A stretch of 64,000 nt of DNA from an uncultured Bacteroidales bacterium (GCA_946413585.1 CAMKLG010000008.1:7026-71025); one strand, 5' to 3'. Numbered from the stretch's first letter, positions 46,668 to 56,357 are shown. The notes: a model not told the origin generated them from the sequence alone. A program made the numbers and translations.

Positions 46668-46769
46668 GATCAATTGCATTTAACGGATTCGACTAAGCAA
46701 AAACATAAAAATTGAATCAAATAGTAACCAAACTACATTTTAGTGGTGAAAAGTAGAATCAAATAAGTC

Positions 46770-49700
46770 GTGAGTAAAAAGAGTCTGATTTGGAAAATAC
46801 CATGTATCGTTCTAGGTGTCATCCTGGGAATAGCACTGTTACTGGCGATTACCGTAACTGTTATTCTGGTGACACCTAGCGCTCGCACGGCTATTTTGCA
46901 AAAATGCGTGAAGACTGTCAACGAGCGAACCGACTGGGATGTGGATCTGGGACGACTCTATCTGTCCCCTTTCCATCACTCTCCAATGATTCTCTATCGT
47001 GCCTTCAAGGGAGAAGAAGACCTGCCGCTGCACATCGAAATAGACAGTTTCTATGTTGGTCATCGCGGTCAAGACACCCTGATTTTCGTGCATGGCTTGC
47101 GCCTGCAAGGTCGTATGAAAAAACCCGGAGAGGATGATCCGAAAGATGATTTTCTGTCACGTAATATCGTGGTGGATCAACTGCTGTTGGATCAAACGAC
47201 CTTCCATTCCGACACTTTGATAGAAGCGGTAGGTATCGACGCTATTGTGAAACATCTGAATGTAAAGAGTCCGGGACTCAATATCGCGAAAGGAGAATAT
47301 CCGCTGCACGGCTTGAAGCTAACAGATGCCTACGTGGGTATTGCGCTGCGCGACACTGAGCCCGATACTGATGAGGACACCACCTCTACCCCGATGGCCT
47401 TCGAAGTGCCGGATGGGGAGTTGCGCAATGTACGGTTTGTACTCAACCCGATGGGACTGGATATACGTGCCGGTTCCTTGAACACTAATGTTTTGGCGGA
47501 TGTGGGAGGCAACCTCTACGATGCGCGTCGCCTGAATATTGGCAATGCTTCTCTTACACTCGGAACACTGCACCTCCCTTTTGATACAATTCATGGGGAT
47601 GCGATGGTGAATCTGAACACTGATCTGATTAACTCGAACCAATTACACGTCCGCTCCGACGCATTTGGGGCAAAAGCGGACCTGACCGCCACAACGCTGA
47701 ATCTGGAAACAATGCGGGTGAATTTGGCCGGCAATGCTGATTATCAAGGCAATAAGGCAAACTTGAGAGGATTCTATGACATTGACGATGAGGTGTATGA
47801 TATGCTGGTGAATGTTGAGCATGTGAACCTAAACCCATTTCTCAAAGACACTACCCACGTGGAATTGGCCGGCGAAATACATGCAATAGGAAAAGGTATA
47901 GATCCTCATTCTCCCGCGATGAAGTGCAAAGTAGCTATGAACCTGAACCATTGCATCTATAATCAAATCGATGTTTCTGGCATGGTGCTTGACGCTGAAC
48001 TGGCCAATAATACCGTGGCTGGAAACCTGCATTTGCCCGTTAATATGATGGATCGTGACATGAAGCTGAATGCAGAAACGGAGCACCAGTTCCGGGTATC
48101 AGACTTCTGGACACCGAAAAAGATGAACGTGGACTACCACACGCAGATGAAAAACGTGGTGGCACACGTGGCGGGCGAGAAATATGACATCGACTATCTG
48201 AACCTTGACTTCACCACGGATACCGCCACAGCGCTCTATTTGGTCACCCAAGGACTCACCATCGATGCACAAAGCCCTATGCATGCGCTTCGACTGGTGG
48301 ACGATATACAACCGGTACTGGGAGTCGTCACCGACACGGCATTTATTCAGTCCCTCGTCTCATTACAAGACCTGACAATGTTGGACACGCTCAAACGGGT
48401 TTTACCAGACCTGCAAGCGGAAATACAGCTGACGAAAGGGAGTCCCATCCAGGGTATCATCGAAGGGTTGGGGTTGGACATCAATGAGGTGACGATGGTG
48501 CTGAAATCCGATTCTCTCCAATCTGACTTGGCATTAGACGCTTCCATCCCGTATATTGACAACACGGAAAACGACAGTACGGGGCTGCGCCTGCCTGCGG
48601 CTACGGCGGCCGTGCGGATCGGCATGACAGAAGGCAAAACTACCGCCTCGATCACCGCCAATACCAGCATTACCGATGGCGTGATGAACGTGGAGGGTAT
48701 TTGCACCGATGCTTTGCTGCAGCTGAATCTGGAACGCGATGGGCGCGAGCTGCGCGGAACGGGCCACCTTGCGCTGGACAGCCTCATATACGAGGATATG
48801 GATCTCGGAAACCGCACGGCAGACATCAAGATCACGCCTTCGGAGCAATTTGACAATGCCATTCGGGCGGATTTGCGGTTGGACGACATCCCGCTGGAAC
48901 TGGTGAACAACATCCTGGATATGGAAGACATCGACCTGGATGGTATTGTGAAGGTGAAGGCTTCCGCAGACGGCTTGCCAGCGCAATTGGACCTCTCTGC
49001 CGAAGTGCGGCCGTTGGACGTCATTGCCTACTACGAACCCTACGATGTGCTGTTCAGTCTGGGAGAAACGCCCATCGTGATGGAGCACAATAAAGTGAAA
49101 CTCAACGATGTGCGCGTCTATAGCATCGACGGCTCCTATCTGGCGCTGAACGGTGGAATGGACCTCAACACGATGCGCCTGGATGTCGATCTGGCTGCCG
49201 ACAATTTCTCTCCGGCAAAACTGGAGCAGGGCGGACCTTTCCCCGTCTATGGCGAATTGGCCACCAATATCCGCGGACAGGTGACCGGACCGCTGGACAG
49301 CATCCATGCCAACGTGGATGTCACGATCCTGCCCACCACCGATCTTACCTACCCGATAGACGAGAAGAATCTGGCGCAATTCAAACCGTACGGCACGGTC
49401 AACGCGCAGTATAACACCGCTGACGGAGATCTTAACCTGGGTGGAACAATCAATGTCGATGAAGGATTGGTCCGCTATTCTCCCAAATTGTATCCTATGA
49501 TCCCCTTCCACGTGGATTCGGGGAGCCATGTCACCCTCAACGGTCCCATTGGTCAGACCATCCTGAACCTCTCGGCTTCGCAACAGGTGAAAGCGGATGT
49601 GCAATCGGCGGGCGAAGAGACACGCCGTGTGACCTTCAACACGGGTGTGCGCGTGAAGGGCATACTCGATTCGATAGGTCTGAGCACCATAGGCTTCTTC

Positions 49701-51575
49701 CTCGAAGCGCCGGATGATGAAACCATCTCGCGCGAGCTCGCCTCCATGGATGAGGACACCCGCGACGGTATCGCAGCCGTATTGCTGGCGACCGGCATGT
49801 ATATGGGCGAAAGCAATGTGGCGGCGCAAAAGGACGGATACGCCCTGTCAAGCATCATCAACAGCCGTATCAATGCCGCTATGGCGAATTCCAAGTTAGG
49901 AAATATCGTGGATGTGGATATCAGCAGCGGACAAACCACCCATGCGGCCGGCAAAACCAACGACATGAACATCGCCATCAGCAAGTCCCTGCTCAATGAC
50001 AAACTGCGCATCACGGTCGGCTCCACCATCTCCGACAACCCGGAAGTCAACAAAGCCAACGGATTGCTCAGCCTGATTTCCGCAAAATATAAACTGACCC
50101 CATCTGGAAATGTATTCTTGCGTGCGTTCTCACAGCGCGATTATGAGAACATCTTGGAAGGCGAACTCTACAAGTCCGGTATTGGTGTGGGGGCCACCAA
50201 GCAATGGAAGCGCAACGGATACATGCGTTCCTTGGGCGATTCCATCACGCGTACCTACAACCTCCTGGCGGATGCGGATATCACCTACCGCTCCAACAGC
50301 AGCCTCGGTCCGAACCTCACCCTCGCTCATTCGATAAAGAATCTCTTTGGACGCGGAGAGACTTTCACAGTCAAGGGCTATGGAGCATACTACTGGGCGT
50401 TGCGCAACCGGCAGCCAGGCGATCCGAAAACTTCCGACACCTACAAATTTGGAATCGACGCCGCCCTCATCTTCCCCTATCTGCACTGGGCGGGAAACAA
50501 CAACCCCGACGGCGACACCCGTTACCGACTAGGATATAAGTACGAAAACATCGCTGGAGGATACGGTGTGCACAAGTTCTCCGGAGCCTTCTCGTATTTC
50601 ATCCGCACATCTCAATATGTTACACATGTCTTTACACCAGCCTCGCTCTCTTTAATCAAAGTGAAGGCCGAGACGGAAGAGTTAATCAATGAGGCAGCCG
50701 AGCATCCAGAACTCCTCAAAGTGCTTGCCAGCGACGAGTTTATACCCTCTGTCGGCTATGGAATCACCTATAGTGATTACCGAACCAAACGACCGGTTAA
50801 CACCATGTTTGACTTTGAAATCAAAGATGCCGGCAACCTGGTTAATGCCGTCTATTGCCTCTTCGGACGTCCGTGGGATGAGATAGACAAACCGATTGCC
50901 CATATCCCCTTTAACCAGTTCGTCAGGTTTACGGCCGAACTGTGGAACAAGTTCAACATGACGGATCGAGTCTGCATCGCCACACGTCTTTTTGCAGGTG
51001 CCAACTTCCCGTTTGGAAACTCCGAATATGCACCACTTTCCGAGTCCTTCTATGCCGGCGGTCCCAACAGCTTGCGGGCAGCCGAACCCTACGCCTACGG
51101 ACCGGGCAACTTCCATAGCACCAAATATAACCAGAATTTCTTCCATGCCGGTGATGTCAAACTCGAGGCCAACATCGAACTGCGCTTCCCGCTCGTTTGG
51201 AAAATCAACGGTGCCGTTTTCGTGGATGCCGGCAATGTATGGAACTGGCGCAACACCTCCGATCTCCTCAGCAGCGAAGATTATGCGGCTTATTGCGAGA
51301 CAATGGGATTTACAGAGGAGATACAGGACGGCATTATCGGAAACAAGAATATCGCAAAGCAGATCGCCCTGGGTACGGGTGCCGGCCTCCGCCTCGACAT
51401 AGATGGACTCGTTGTCCGTTTGGACTTGGGTATCGGTATCCACGCACCTTACCAGACCTACAAATATACCAAGGAAGGCACGACCGATCTCTCACGACCA
51501 ATCAACACCTATTACAATATGCCTTCTTTCTGGGATGGCCTGCGCCTCAACTTCAGCATCGGCTACCCGTTCTGA
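46770..51575 (+). CDS. TamB/AsmA-like translocation-and-assembly protein fused in one ORF to an Omp85 (BamA/TamA-type) beta-barrel
   Basis: N-terminal signal-anchor IPCIVLGVILGIALLLAITVTVILV, then a long repetitive beta-rich body. A DUF490-like region (...NIAISKSLLNDKLRITVGSTIS...LISAKYKLTPSGNVFLRAFSQRDYE...) follows. The last ~450 aa carry Omp85 motifs FYAGGPNSLRA, VFVDAGNVWNW and GTGAGLRLDIDGLVVRLDLGIG, ending LNFSIGYPF. GTG start. Confidence 0.85.
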   Translation: MSKKSLIWKIPCIVLGVILGIALLLAITVTVILVTPSARTAILQKCVKTVNERTDWDVDLGRLYLSPFHHSPMILYRAFKGEEDLPLHIEIDSFYVGHRGQDTLIFVHGLRLQGRMKKPGEDDPKDDFLSRNIVVDQLLLDQTTFHSDTLIEAVGIDAIVKHLNVKSPGLNIAKGEYPLHGLKLTDAYVGIALRDTEPDTDEDTTSTPMAFEVPDGELRNVRFVLNPMGLDIRAGSLNTNVLADVGGNLYDARRLNIGNASLTLGTLHLPFDTIHGDAMVNLNTDLINSNQLHVRSDAFGAKADLTATTLNLETMRVNLAGNADYQGNKANLRGFYDIDDEVYDMLVNVEHVNLNPFLKDTTHVELAGEIHAIGKGIDPHSPAMKCKVAMNLNHCIYNQIDVSGMVLDAELANNTVAGNLHLPVNMMDRDMKLNAETEHQFRVSDFWTPKKMNVDYHTQMKNVVAHVAGEKYDIDYLNLDFTTDTATALYLVTQGLTIDAQSPMHALRLVDDIQPVLGVVTDTAFIQSLVSLQDLTMLDTLKRVLPDLQAEIQLTKGSPIQGIIEGLGLDINEVTMVLKSDSLQSDLALDASIPYIDNTENDSTGLRLPAATAAVRIGMTEGKTTASITANTSITDGVMNVEGICTDALLQLNLERDGRELRGTGHLALDSLIYEDMDLGNRTADIKITPSEQFDNAIRADLRLDDIPLELVNNILDMEDIDLDGIVKVKASADGLPAQLDLSAEVRPLDVIAYYEPYDVLFSLGETPIVMEHNKVKLNDVRVYSIDGSYLALNGGMDLNTMRLDVDLAADNFSPAKLEQGGPFPVYGELATNIRGQVTGPLDSIHANVDVTILPTTDLTYPIDEKNLAQFKPYGTVNAQYNTADGDLNLGGTINVDEGLVRYSPKLYPMIPFHVDSGSHVTLNGPIGQTILNLSASQQVKADVQSAGEETRRVTFNTGVRVKGILDSIGLSTIGFFLEAPDDETISRELASMDEDTRDGIAAVLLATGMYMGESNVAAQKDGYALSSIINSRINAAMANSKLGNIVDVDISSGQTTHAAGKTNDMNIAISKSLLNDKLRITVGSTISDNPEVNKANGLLSLISAKYKLTPSGNVFLRAFSQRDYENILEGELYKSGIGVGATKQWKRNGYMRSLGDSITRTYNLLADADITYRSNSSLGPNLTLAHSIKNLFGRGETFTVKGYGAYYWALRNRQPGDPKTSDTYKFGIDAALIFPYLHWAGNNNPDGDTRYRLGYKYENIAGGYGVHKFSGAFSYFIRTSQYVTHVFTPASLSLIKVKAETEELINEAAEHPELLKVLASDEFIPSVGYGITYSDYRTKRPVNTMFDFEIKDAGNLVNAVYCLFGRPWDEIDKPIAHIPFNQFVRFTAELWNKFNMTDRVCIATRLFAGANFPFGNSEYAPLSESFYAGGPNSLRAAEPYAYGPGNFHSTKYNQNFFHAGDVKLEANIELRFPLVWKINGAVFVDAGNVWNWRNTSDLLSSEDYAAYCETMGFTEEIQDGIIGNKNIAKQIALGTGAGLRLDIDGLVVRLDLGIGIHAPYQTYKYTKEGTTDLSRPINTYYNMPSFWDGLRLNFSIGYPF

Positions 51576-51592
51576 TGAAAAAATCAGGAATC

Positions 51593-51620
51593 AACAACTA
51601 TAGTTGTTTTAATTTTTGGA
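51593..51620 (+). terminator. Palindrome plus T-rich tract after the TamB-like gene (overlaps the rpe stop; possibly bidirectional)
   Basis: aacaacta/tagttgtt is a perfect palindrome at 51593-51608, followed by ttaattttt. Confidence 0.35.
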
Positions 51621-52254
51621 TGGTCTCTTCTGGATTTTCGGATTTGAAAACCGCATTGCCCGCTACCACTGCATCGGCTCCGGCATTGATAATATCTTTT
51701 ATGTTATCAACATTCACGCCGCCATCCACTTCGATGAGCGCGTTCGAATTGTTGCGCTCAATCATCTCGCGCAATTCGGTGATACGATGCAACGAACGAG
51801 GGATAAATTTCTGTCCGCCAAAACCAGGGTTCACCGACATAATCAACACCAAATCAAGGTCTTGAATCATATCTTCCAAACCAGCAACTGGCGTATGCGG
51901 ATTCAGTGCAACACCTGCCAGCATATCTTCTTCCTTTATTTGCGCGATGGTGCGGTGAAGATGCGTGCACGTCTCCCAATGCACCGTCAGTAAATCGCAA
52001 CCTATCTCCTTGAAAGTGTGGATATAACGCTCAGGCTGCACAATCATCAAATGAGTGTCCAACGGCTTCTGCGATAACTGCCGCACCGCTTTTATCACCG
52101 GCATTCCAAACGAAATATTCGGCACAAACACGCCATCCATCACGTCCAAGTGGATCCAATCCGCTTCCGAACGATTCAACATCTCAATTTCTTCTCCCAA
52201 ACGGTTGAAATCCGCTGACAATAAAGAAGGAGCTATAATGGGTTTTACACACAT
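51598..52254 (-). CDS. rpe: Ribulose-phosphate 3-epimerase
   Basis: IAPSLLSADFNRLGEEI...WIHLDVMDGVFVPNISFG...MSVNPGFGGQKFI. Confidence 0.95.
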   Translation of the reverse strand: MCVKPIIAPSLLSADFNRLGEEIEMLNRSEADWIHLDVMDGVFVPNISFGMPVIKAVRQLSQKPLDTHLMIVQPERYIHTFKEIGCDLLTVHWETCTHLHRTIAQIKEEDMLAGVALNPHTPVAGLEDMIQDLDLVLIMSVNPGFGGQKFIPRSLHRITELREMIERNNSNALIEVDGGVNVDNIKDIINAGADAVVAGNAVFKSENPEETIQKLKQL

Positions 52255-52275
52255 GTTCTACATTTTTTGAGGGCG

Positions 52276-52283
52276 CAAAAGTA
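52276..52283 (-). promoter_or_regulatory. -7 box (TAnnTTTG) for rpe
   Basis: Plus strand caaaagta = TACTTTTG on the minus strand, 22 nt upstream of the ATG. Confidence 0.45.
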
Positions 52284-52298
52284 CATAAATTATAATCT

Positions 52299-54428
52299 CT
52301 ACCGCCTGATTTCCATTTTTTTATCGCCATAATGGAAAACAAAAACACCAGGATGTGACTCAAAATGCTGATAACTATCTACATACGTTTGGAAAAACGC
52401 TTCATCCACTTGTAAAGAGACCCTCACCGTTTTGCCGGAAGGCACCTTTACACGTTCAAAACCGATTAGTGTTTTCACCGGACTCAATTTGTCGCTCTTG
52501 TTGGTGAGATAAAGCTGCGCCACCTCTTCGCCATCATAAGAGCCAGTGTTGGTAATATCGAATGTAAAAGTCTGATTTTTAGGATTATATACCCCTTCAG
52601 AATATTCAAAAGTGGAGTAACTCAATCCATATCCAAACGGATAGAGCGGTTTTTCGGTCATGAAACGATACGTACGATTTTCCATTTCGTAGCTGTCGAA
52701 CGGAGGAAGCTCATTCTTTGAACTATAAAAAGTTACAGGTAATTTTCCGCTGGGGTTCGTTTTGCCAAACAACACATTAGCCATTGCGGTGCCTGCCGCC
52801 TGACCGCCGTACCATGCCGCCAGCACTGCCTCCGCATTTTCATCCACCCAATCCAACGCCACGGCACCGCCCGAGCACAACACAAATACGATAGGCTTAC
52901 CCATCTTCCTGATTTTCATCAACATACCTTCTTGAATGCGCGGTAAATCAATCTTGGTGCGGTCGCCACCGTGAAAGCCATCCATCTCCACCTTCAGCTC
53001 CTCACCCTCCAGCTCGGGCGAAAGTCCGCCAACGAAAATAACAAGGTCGCACTTCGCCAACTGCCTGTCGAAATCGTTGGGTAACTGATATTTGCCATCC
53101 ACATGGTGGCAAGTCGTATCGAAATAGATGTTTGGACGTTGATTTTTAGGTAGTTGTTCGATATAATTCAAAATACCCTCATAATAGGTGACCGCATGTC
53201 GCGGCGTACCATTGTAGTTGCCGCAAAGCATTGCCGAATCGGCTGCGTTAGGACCCAAAATGGCGATATTCTTGTATTTTCCAGGTTGCAACGGCAATAT
53301 TCCGTTTCGATTTTGCAGCAACACGATGCTTTTCTCCGCCATCTCCAATGCTTTCCGCTCAAATAAAGTGGTATCAGGAATAGTGTTGAAAGGTTGCTCC
53401 GGATCAAACATTCCCAACTGGAAACGAGCTTTCAGCACTTTCAAAACGTGCGCATCGATAATATCAATGGGTATAAGTCCTTGTTCTACCGCCTCTTTCA
53501 GCGCGTTGAGTCCGCTACCGCATTCTAAATCGATAACGGAACCGAACGCGGCGGCGGCGGCATCTGCGGCAGTGGCGTGCGTTTCGTGGCGCGGAATCAC
53601 CGTGTCAAGCTCCCAACAGTCGTTCAATGCCCAACAGTCGGTGACAAACAGACGGTCATAGCCCCATTGATTACGCAAAATGTTGACCAGCAAACTTTCG
53701 TTCGTGCAACACGGCTCACCATTCAGCCGGTTGTAACCGCACATCAACATTCCAACATCCGTATTTTGGACAATGTACTTAAACGCAGGCAGATAGGTGG
53801 TCCAAAAGGCTCGTCCGCTAACAGAAACATCGAAAGAATGGCGTTCGGCTTCGGGACCGCTATGCACGGCAAAATGTTTCACACACGCCAGCGCTTTGTA
53901 ACGCCCGTTCTGCTGTTGCTGCAAACCTCGCACGCACGCGGCACCCATACGGGCGGAAAGGAAAGGATCCTCGCCGTAGGTTTCCATACCCCTGCCCCAA
54001 CGCGGGTCACGGAAAATGTTGATGTTCGGAGTGAAAAACGTAAGCCCCTTGTAATCATCATATTGGCCGGCTTTCTGGGCACGAAAATACTTCATACGCG
54101 CTTCGTCGGCGACCATCCCGAACATCTCCTCAACGGATTTTTCATCGAAAGTGGCAGCCAATGCCGTAGGCATCGGATAGACCGTGGCGAAGCCGTTGCG
54201 CGCTACACCATGCAAAGCTTCGTTCCACCAACTGTATGCTGGTATGCCCAACCGCTCTATTGCCGGGTTATGATGCTCCATCATCCCTAACTTCTCATCC
54301 AAAGTAAGTTGATTCAGAAGCAGTTGCGCCCGCTCGTCAATGGAAAGGTTCGGGTTGCGAAAATCTTGCTGCGCGAAACTAGAAAGAAAAACGAAAAATA
54401 GAATAAAACCTATAAAATATCTCTTCAT
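52299..54428 (-). CDS. Glycoside hydrolase family 3 (beta-glucosidase/xylosidase type), exported
   Basis: LTLDEKLGMM...AYSWWNEALHGVAR...FTPNINIFRDPRWGRGMETYGEDP...KHFAVHSGPE, plus a C-terminal Fn3-like region. Confidence 0.9.
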   Translation of the reverse strand: MKRYFIGFILFFVFLSSFAQQDFRNPNLSIDERAQLLLNQLTLDEKLGMMEHHNPAIERLGIPAYSWWNEALHGVARNGFATVYPMPTALAATFDEKSVEEMFGMVADEARMKYFRAQKAGQYDDYKGLTFFTPNINIFRDPRWGRGMETYGEDPFLSARMGAACVRGLQQQQNGRYKALACVKHFAVHSGPEAERHSFDVSVSGRAFWTTYLPAFKYIVQNTDVGMLMCGYNRLNGEPCCTNESLLVNILRNQWGYDRLFVTDCWALNDCWELDTVIPRHETHATAADAAAAAFGSVIDLECGSGLNALKEAVEQGLIPIDIIDAHVLKVLKARFQLGMFDPEQPFNTIPDTTLFERKALEMAEKSIVLLQNRNGILPLQPGKYKNIAILGPNAADSAMLCGNYNGTPRHAVTYYEGILNYIEQLPKNQRPNIYFDTTCHHVDGKYQLPNDFDRQLAKCDLVIFVGGLSPELEGEELKVEMDGFHGGDRTKIDLPRIQEGMLMKIRKMGKPIVFVLCSGGAVALDWVDENAEAVLAAWYGGQAAGTAMANVLFGKTNPSGKLPVTFYSSKNELPPFDSYEMENRTYRFMTEKPLYPFGYGLSYSTFEYSEGVYNPKNQTFTFDITNTGSYDGEEVAQLYLTNKSDKLSPVKTLIGFERVKVPSGKTVRVSLQVDEAFFQTYVDSYQHFESHPGVFVFHYGDKKMEIRR

Positions 54429-54429
54429 C

Positions 54430-56166
54430 CTATTGAATTATCAATTTTTTTGTCAATAACTGTTTTTTATGTTGAAATGTGATTAAATACATTCCTTTTG
54501 AAAGATGATGGGTGCTGATTCTCTGGTTTCCGGGAATAGATACGCCGTTCATCACCGTTTTCCCATCCACAGTGCGCATCACCCACGTCAATTCTTCACC
54601 CGTTGGGTTCTCCATTTGGAAATAACCCTGGGTGACTGGATTCGGAGTGAGGTTAATTTTCGTTAATTCGTTCTCCGGGACAGCACCTTCTATATTGACA
54701 TGCACCACGTAGGTACGCGTGGATTGGTGTGGCGTGGCAGCGGTATAGAGGACACTATTATTCAAATTATCACCCAAAAAGTCTTGCGCTTCATTTTCGT
54801 CAGGCGTGACCGTTACCCACAAAGGTTTGGTAATCGTCGGATAAATATGCCTCAAATCAGGAACTACACAACCCACATAAAACAATATGGTATCGTCAGC
54901 CGTAATCGTGCCATACATATCGCCATAATTTTCAAGTGCAGGATTGTTTTCCATCAGAAAATCAAAGGCGGTAATTTCCGGTTCTATCACATAGATGGGC
55001 TGATAGTTGACAAGACCGTAAGAGGCATTGTCCGCTTGATGGAAAATCACCGATTCCGCAGCTGCTTCGTTGTCGCAGCCCCAATAATTGCCCACTGCGT
55101 TCATATTGCTGCTAGCGTTGTTATACAGCTCATACTCTACGCCGCCATTACCGTTATTATATAACAAGTTGTACCCATAATCGTCCTCGGTACCCATATC
55201 CACGTGATGGTGGTAGATAGCCGTCACGCCCCAAAGGTTGCCCGTGATGAAGTTGTGGCGCAGTTTTGCGGCGCACGTTGTGTCGTAGCCGTAGATGCTG
55301 ATACCACTGCCTCCATTGTTCGGGTTGACTTCCAAATCATTATCAATAAATTGATTATCAGCAATTAAAGAAGAAATACGATAACCGTTCTGTGTATAAC
55401 CATAACGGTTGTGAGTGATGACATTGTCTCTCACCACCACTTTCGTAATCCCAGAGTTAGTCAAGTTAGAAATACCGATACCGCCTGACATGGTACTGGC
55501 CACGCCTTCAATGCGATTACCCACAATGAAAATTGTGTCGGTAGTGCCCGGACCCATGTTAATCTGAGGATTGTTTGTATTGGCTAACACATTGTTATAA
55601 AAAACGTTATTCAATATTTTTGGACAACCATCGGTATTAATAGCCGATTGAATGGCGCACGCCTGATTGTCGTGAAAATAACTGTTCTCAATCACAGGGT
55701 CGCAGTTCAAATAGCTGATAACATGATCTGAGAAGTGGTCAAATTCGCAAGATTCGATATGTATTTGACTGTTAATCAATTTAATATGTTGACAATATTG
55801 AACATGTACATTTTTAAGTGTGCTCAGAGAACTGCTTTCAAAGTAAATTTCAAAATAGTCATTCTGAGTGAAATCGCCTTGAATGAGCAGCGGAGTAGTG
55901 CGTTCTTGGGTCAATAAAGTGCCCAAAATATTGATTTCCTTGCCACTATCCACAAAAATGTGCTCGTCCGTGGTTTGAAGAAGCAGGGTGTCCTGTGGTT
56001 CCAACGTGACATTCTGCAAAATTCGATAATGGTTCGGGGAAGTTACCTGAATCGCGTTGGGCAATAAAGTGGCCAAATCTTGCAAAGTATATAAACCACC
56101 CGAAGATTGCGCTACTAATTGGAAAACAGAGCATAAACACATTAAACTAAATAGAACTTTTTTCAT
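54430..56166 (-). CDS. Right-handed beta-helix repeat protein with a T9SS C-terminal sorting domain
   Basis: Signal peptide MKKVLFSLMCLCSVFQLVAQ. Repeated N-x-I/F-x-x-N beta-helix-like segments. The C-terminus INLTPNPVTQGYFQM...GMYLITFQHKKQLLTKKLIIQ is a T9SS CTD. The gene is separated by 1 nt from the GH3 gene. Confidence 0.75.
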   Translation of the reverse strand: MKKVLFSLMCLCSVFQLVAQSSGGLYTLQDLATLLPNAIQVTSPNHYRILQNVTLEPQDTLLLQTTDEHIFVDSGKEINILGTLLTQERTTPLLIQGDFTQNDYFEIYFESSSLSTLKNVHVQYCQHIKLINSQIHIESCEFDHFSDHVISYLNCDPVIENSYFHDNQACAIQSAINTDGCPKILNNVFYNNVLANTNNPQINMGPGTTDTIFIVGNRIEGVASTMSGGIGISNLTNSGITKVVVRDNVITHNRYGYTQNGYRISSLIADNQFIDNDLEVNPNNGGSGISIYGYDTTCAAKLRHNFITGNLWGVTAIYHHHVDMGTEDDYGYNLLYNNGNGGVEYELYNNASSNMNAVGNYWGCDNEAAAESVIFHQADNASYGLVNYQPIYVIEPEITAFDFLMENNPALENYGDMYGTITADDTILFYVGCVVPDLRHIYPTITKPLWVTVTPDENEAQDFLGDNLNNSVLYTAATPHQSTRTYVVHVNIEGAVPENELTKINLTPNPVTQGYFQMENPTGEELTWVMRTVDGKTVMNGVSIPGNQRISTHHLSKGMYLITFQHKKQLLTKKLIIQ

Positions 56167-56184
56167 AACCGTAATATTTTGCGG

Positions 56185-56192
56185 CAAAAGTA
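56185..56192 (-). promoter_or_regulatory. -7 box (TAnnTTTG)
   Basis: Plus strand caaaagta = TACTTTTG on the minus strand, 19 nt upstream of the ATG at 56166. Confidence 0.45.
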
Positions 56193-56222
56193 CATAAATT
56201 AAAAACACGTAATATCTATGCG

Positions 56223-56257
56223 AAAAAAAATGCCCGAATCCGAAGACTCAGGCATTT
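56223..56257 (-). terminator. Rho-independent terminator after tRNA-Lys
   Basis: Minus strand reads aaatgcc-tgagtcttcggattcg-ggca, followed by T8. Confidence 0.7.
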
Positions 56258-56259
56258 CG

Positions 56260-56332
56260 TGTTCCAGCTGGGGCTCGAACCCAGGACCCCATCCTTAAAA
56301 GGGATGTGCTCTACCTGCTGAGCTACTGAAAC
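56260..56332 (-). tRNA. tRNA-Lys (anticodon UUU)
   Basis: Hand-folded on the minus strand: GTTTCAG TA GCTC AGCAGGTA GAGC A CATCC CTTTTAA GGATG GGGTC CTGGG TTCGAGC CCCAG CTGGAAC A. Total 73 nt; CCA is not encoded. Confidence 0.9.
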
Positions 56333-56349
56333 TCCTTTTTTTGAGGCTG

Positions 56350-56357
56350 CAAAGATA
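56350..56357 (-). promoter_or_regulatory. -7 box (TAnnTTTG) for tRNA-Lys
   Basis: Plus strand caaagata = TATCTTTG on the minus strand, 18 nt upstream of the tRNA 5' end. Confidence 0.5.

Noticed and set aside
35415-46769. The island as a mobile element (ICE, transposon or integron cassette array)
   Set aside because: I found no integrase, transposase, relaxase, terminal inverted repeats or flanking direct repeats by eye. Foreign origin is supported only by composition and relics, so mobility is not claimed.
48347-51443. Antisense ORFs of 225-431 aa inside the TamB-like gene (48534..49829, 48347..49024, 50682..51443)
   Set aside because: The single plus-strand frame is open for 4.8 kb with coherent domain order. 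The antisense products are repetitive and R/H/G-rich.
53577-54290. 237-aa plus-strand ORF opposite the GH3 gene
   Set aside because: GH3 motifs are on the minus strand throughout.
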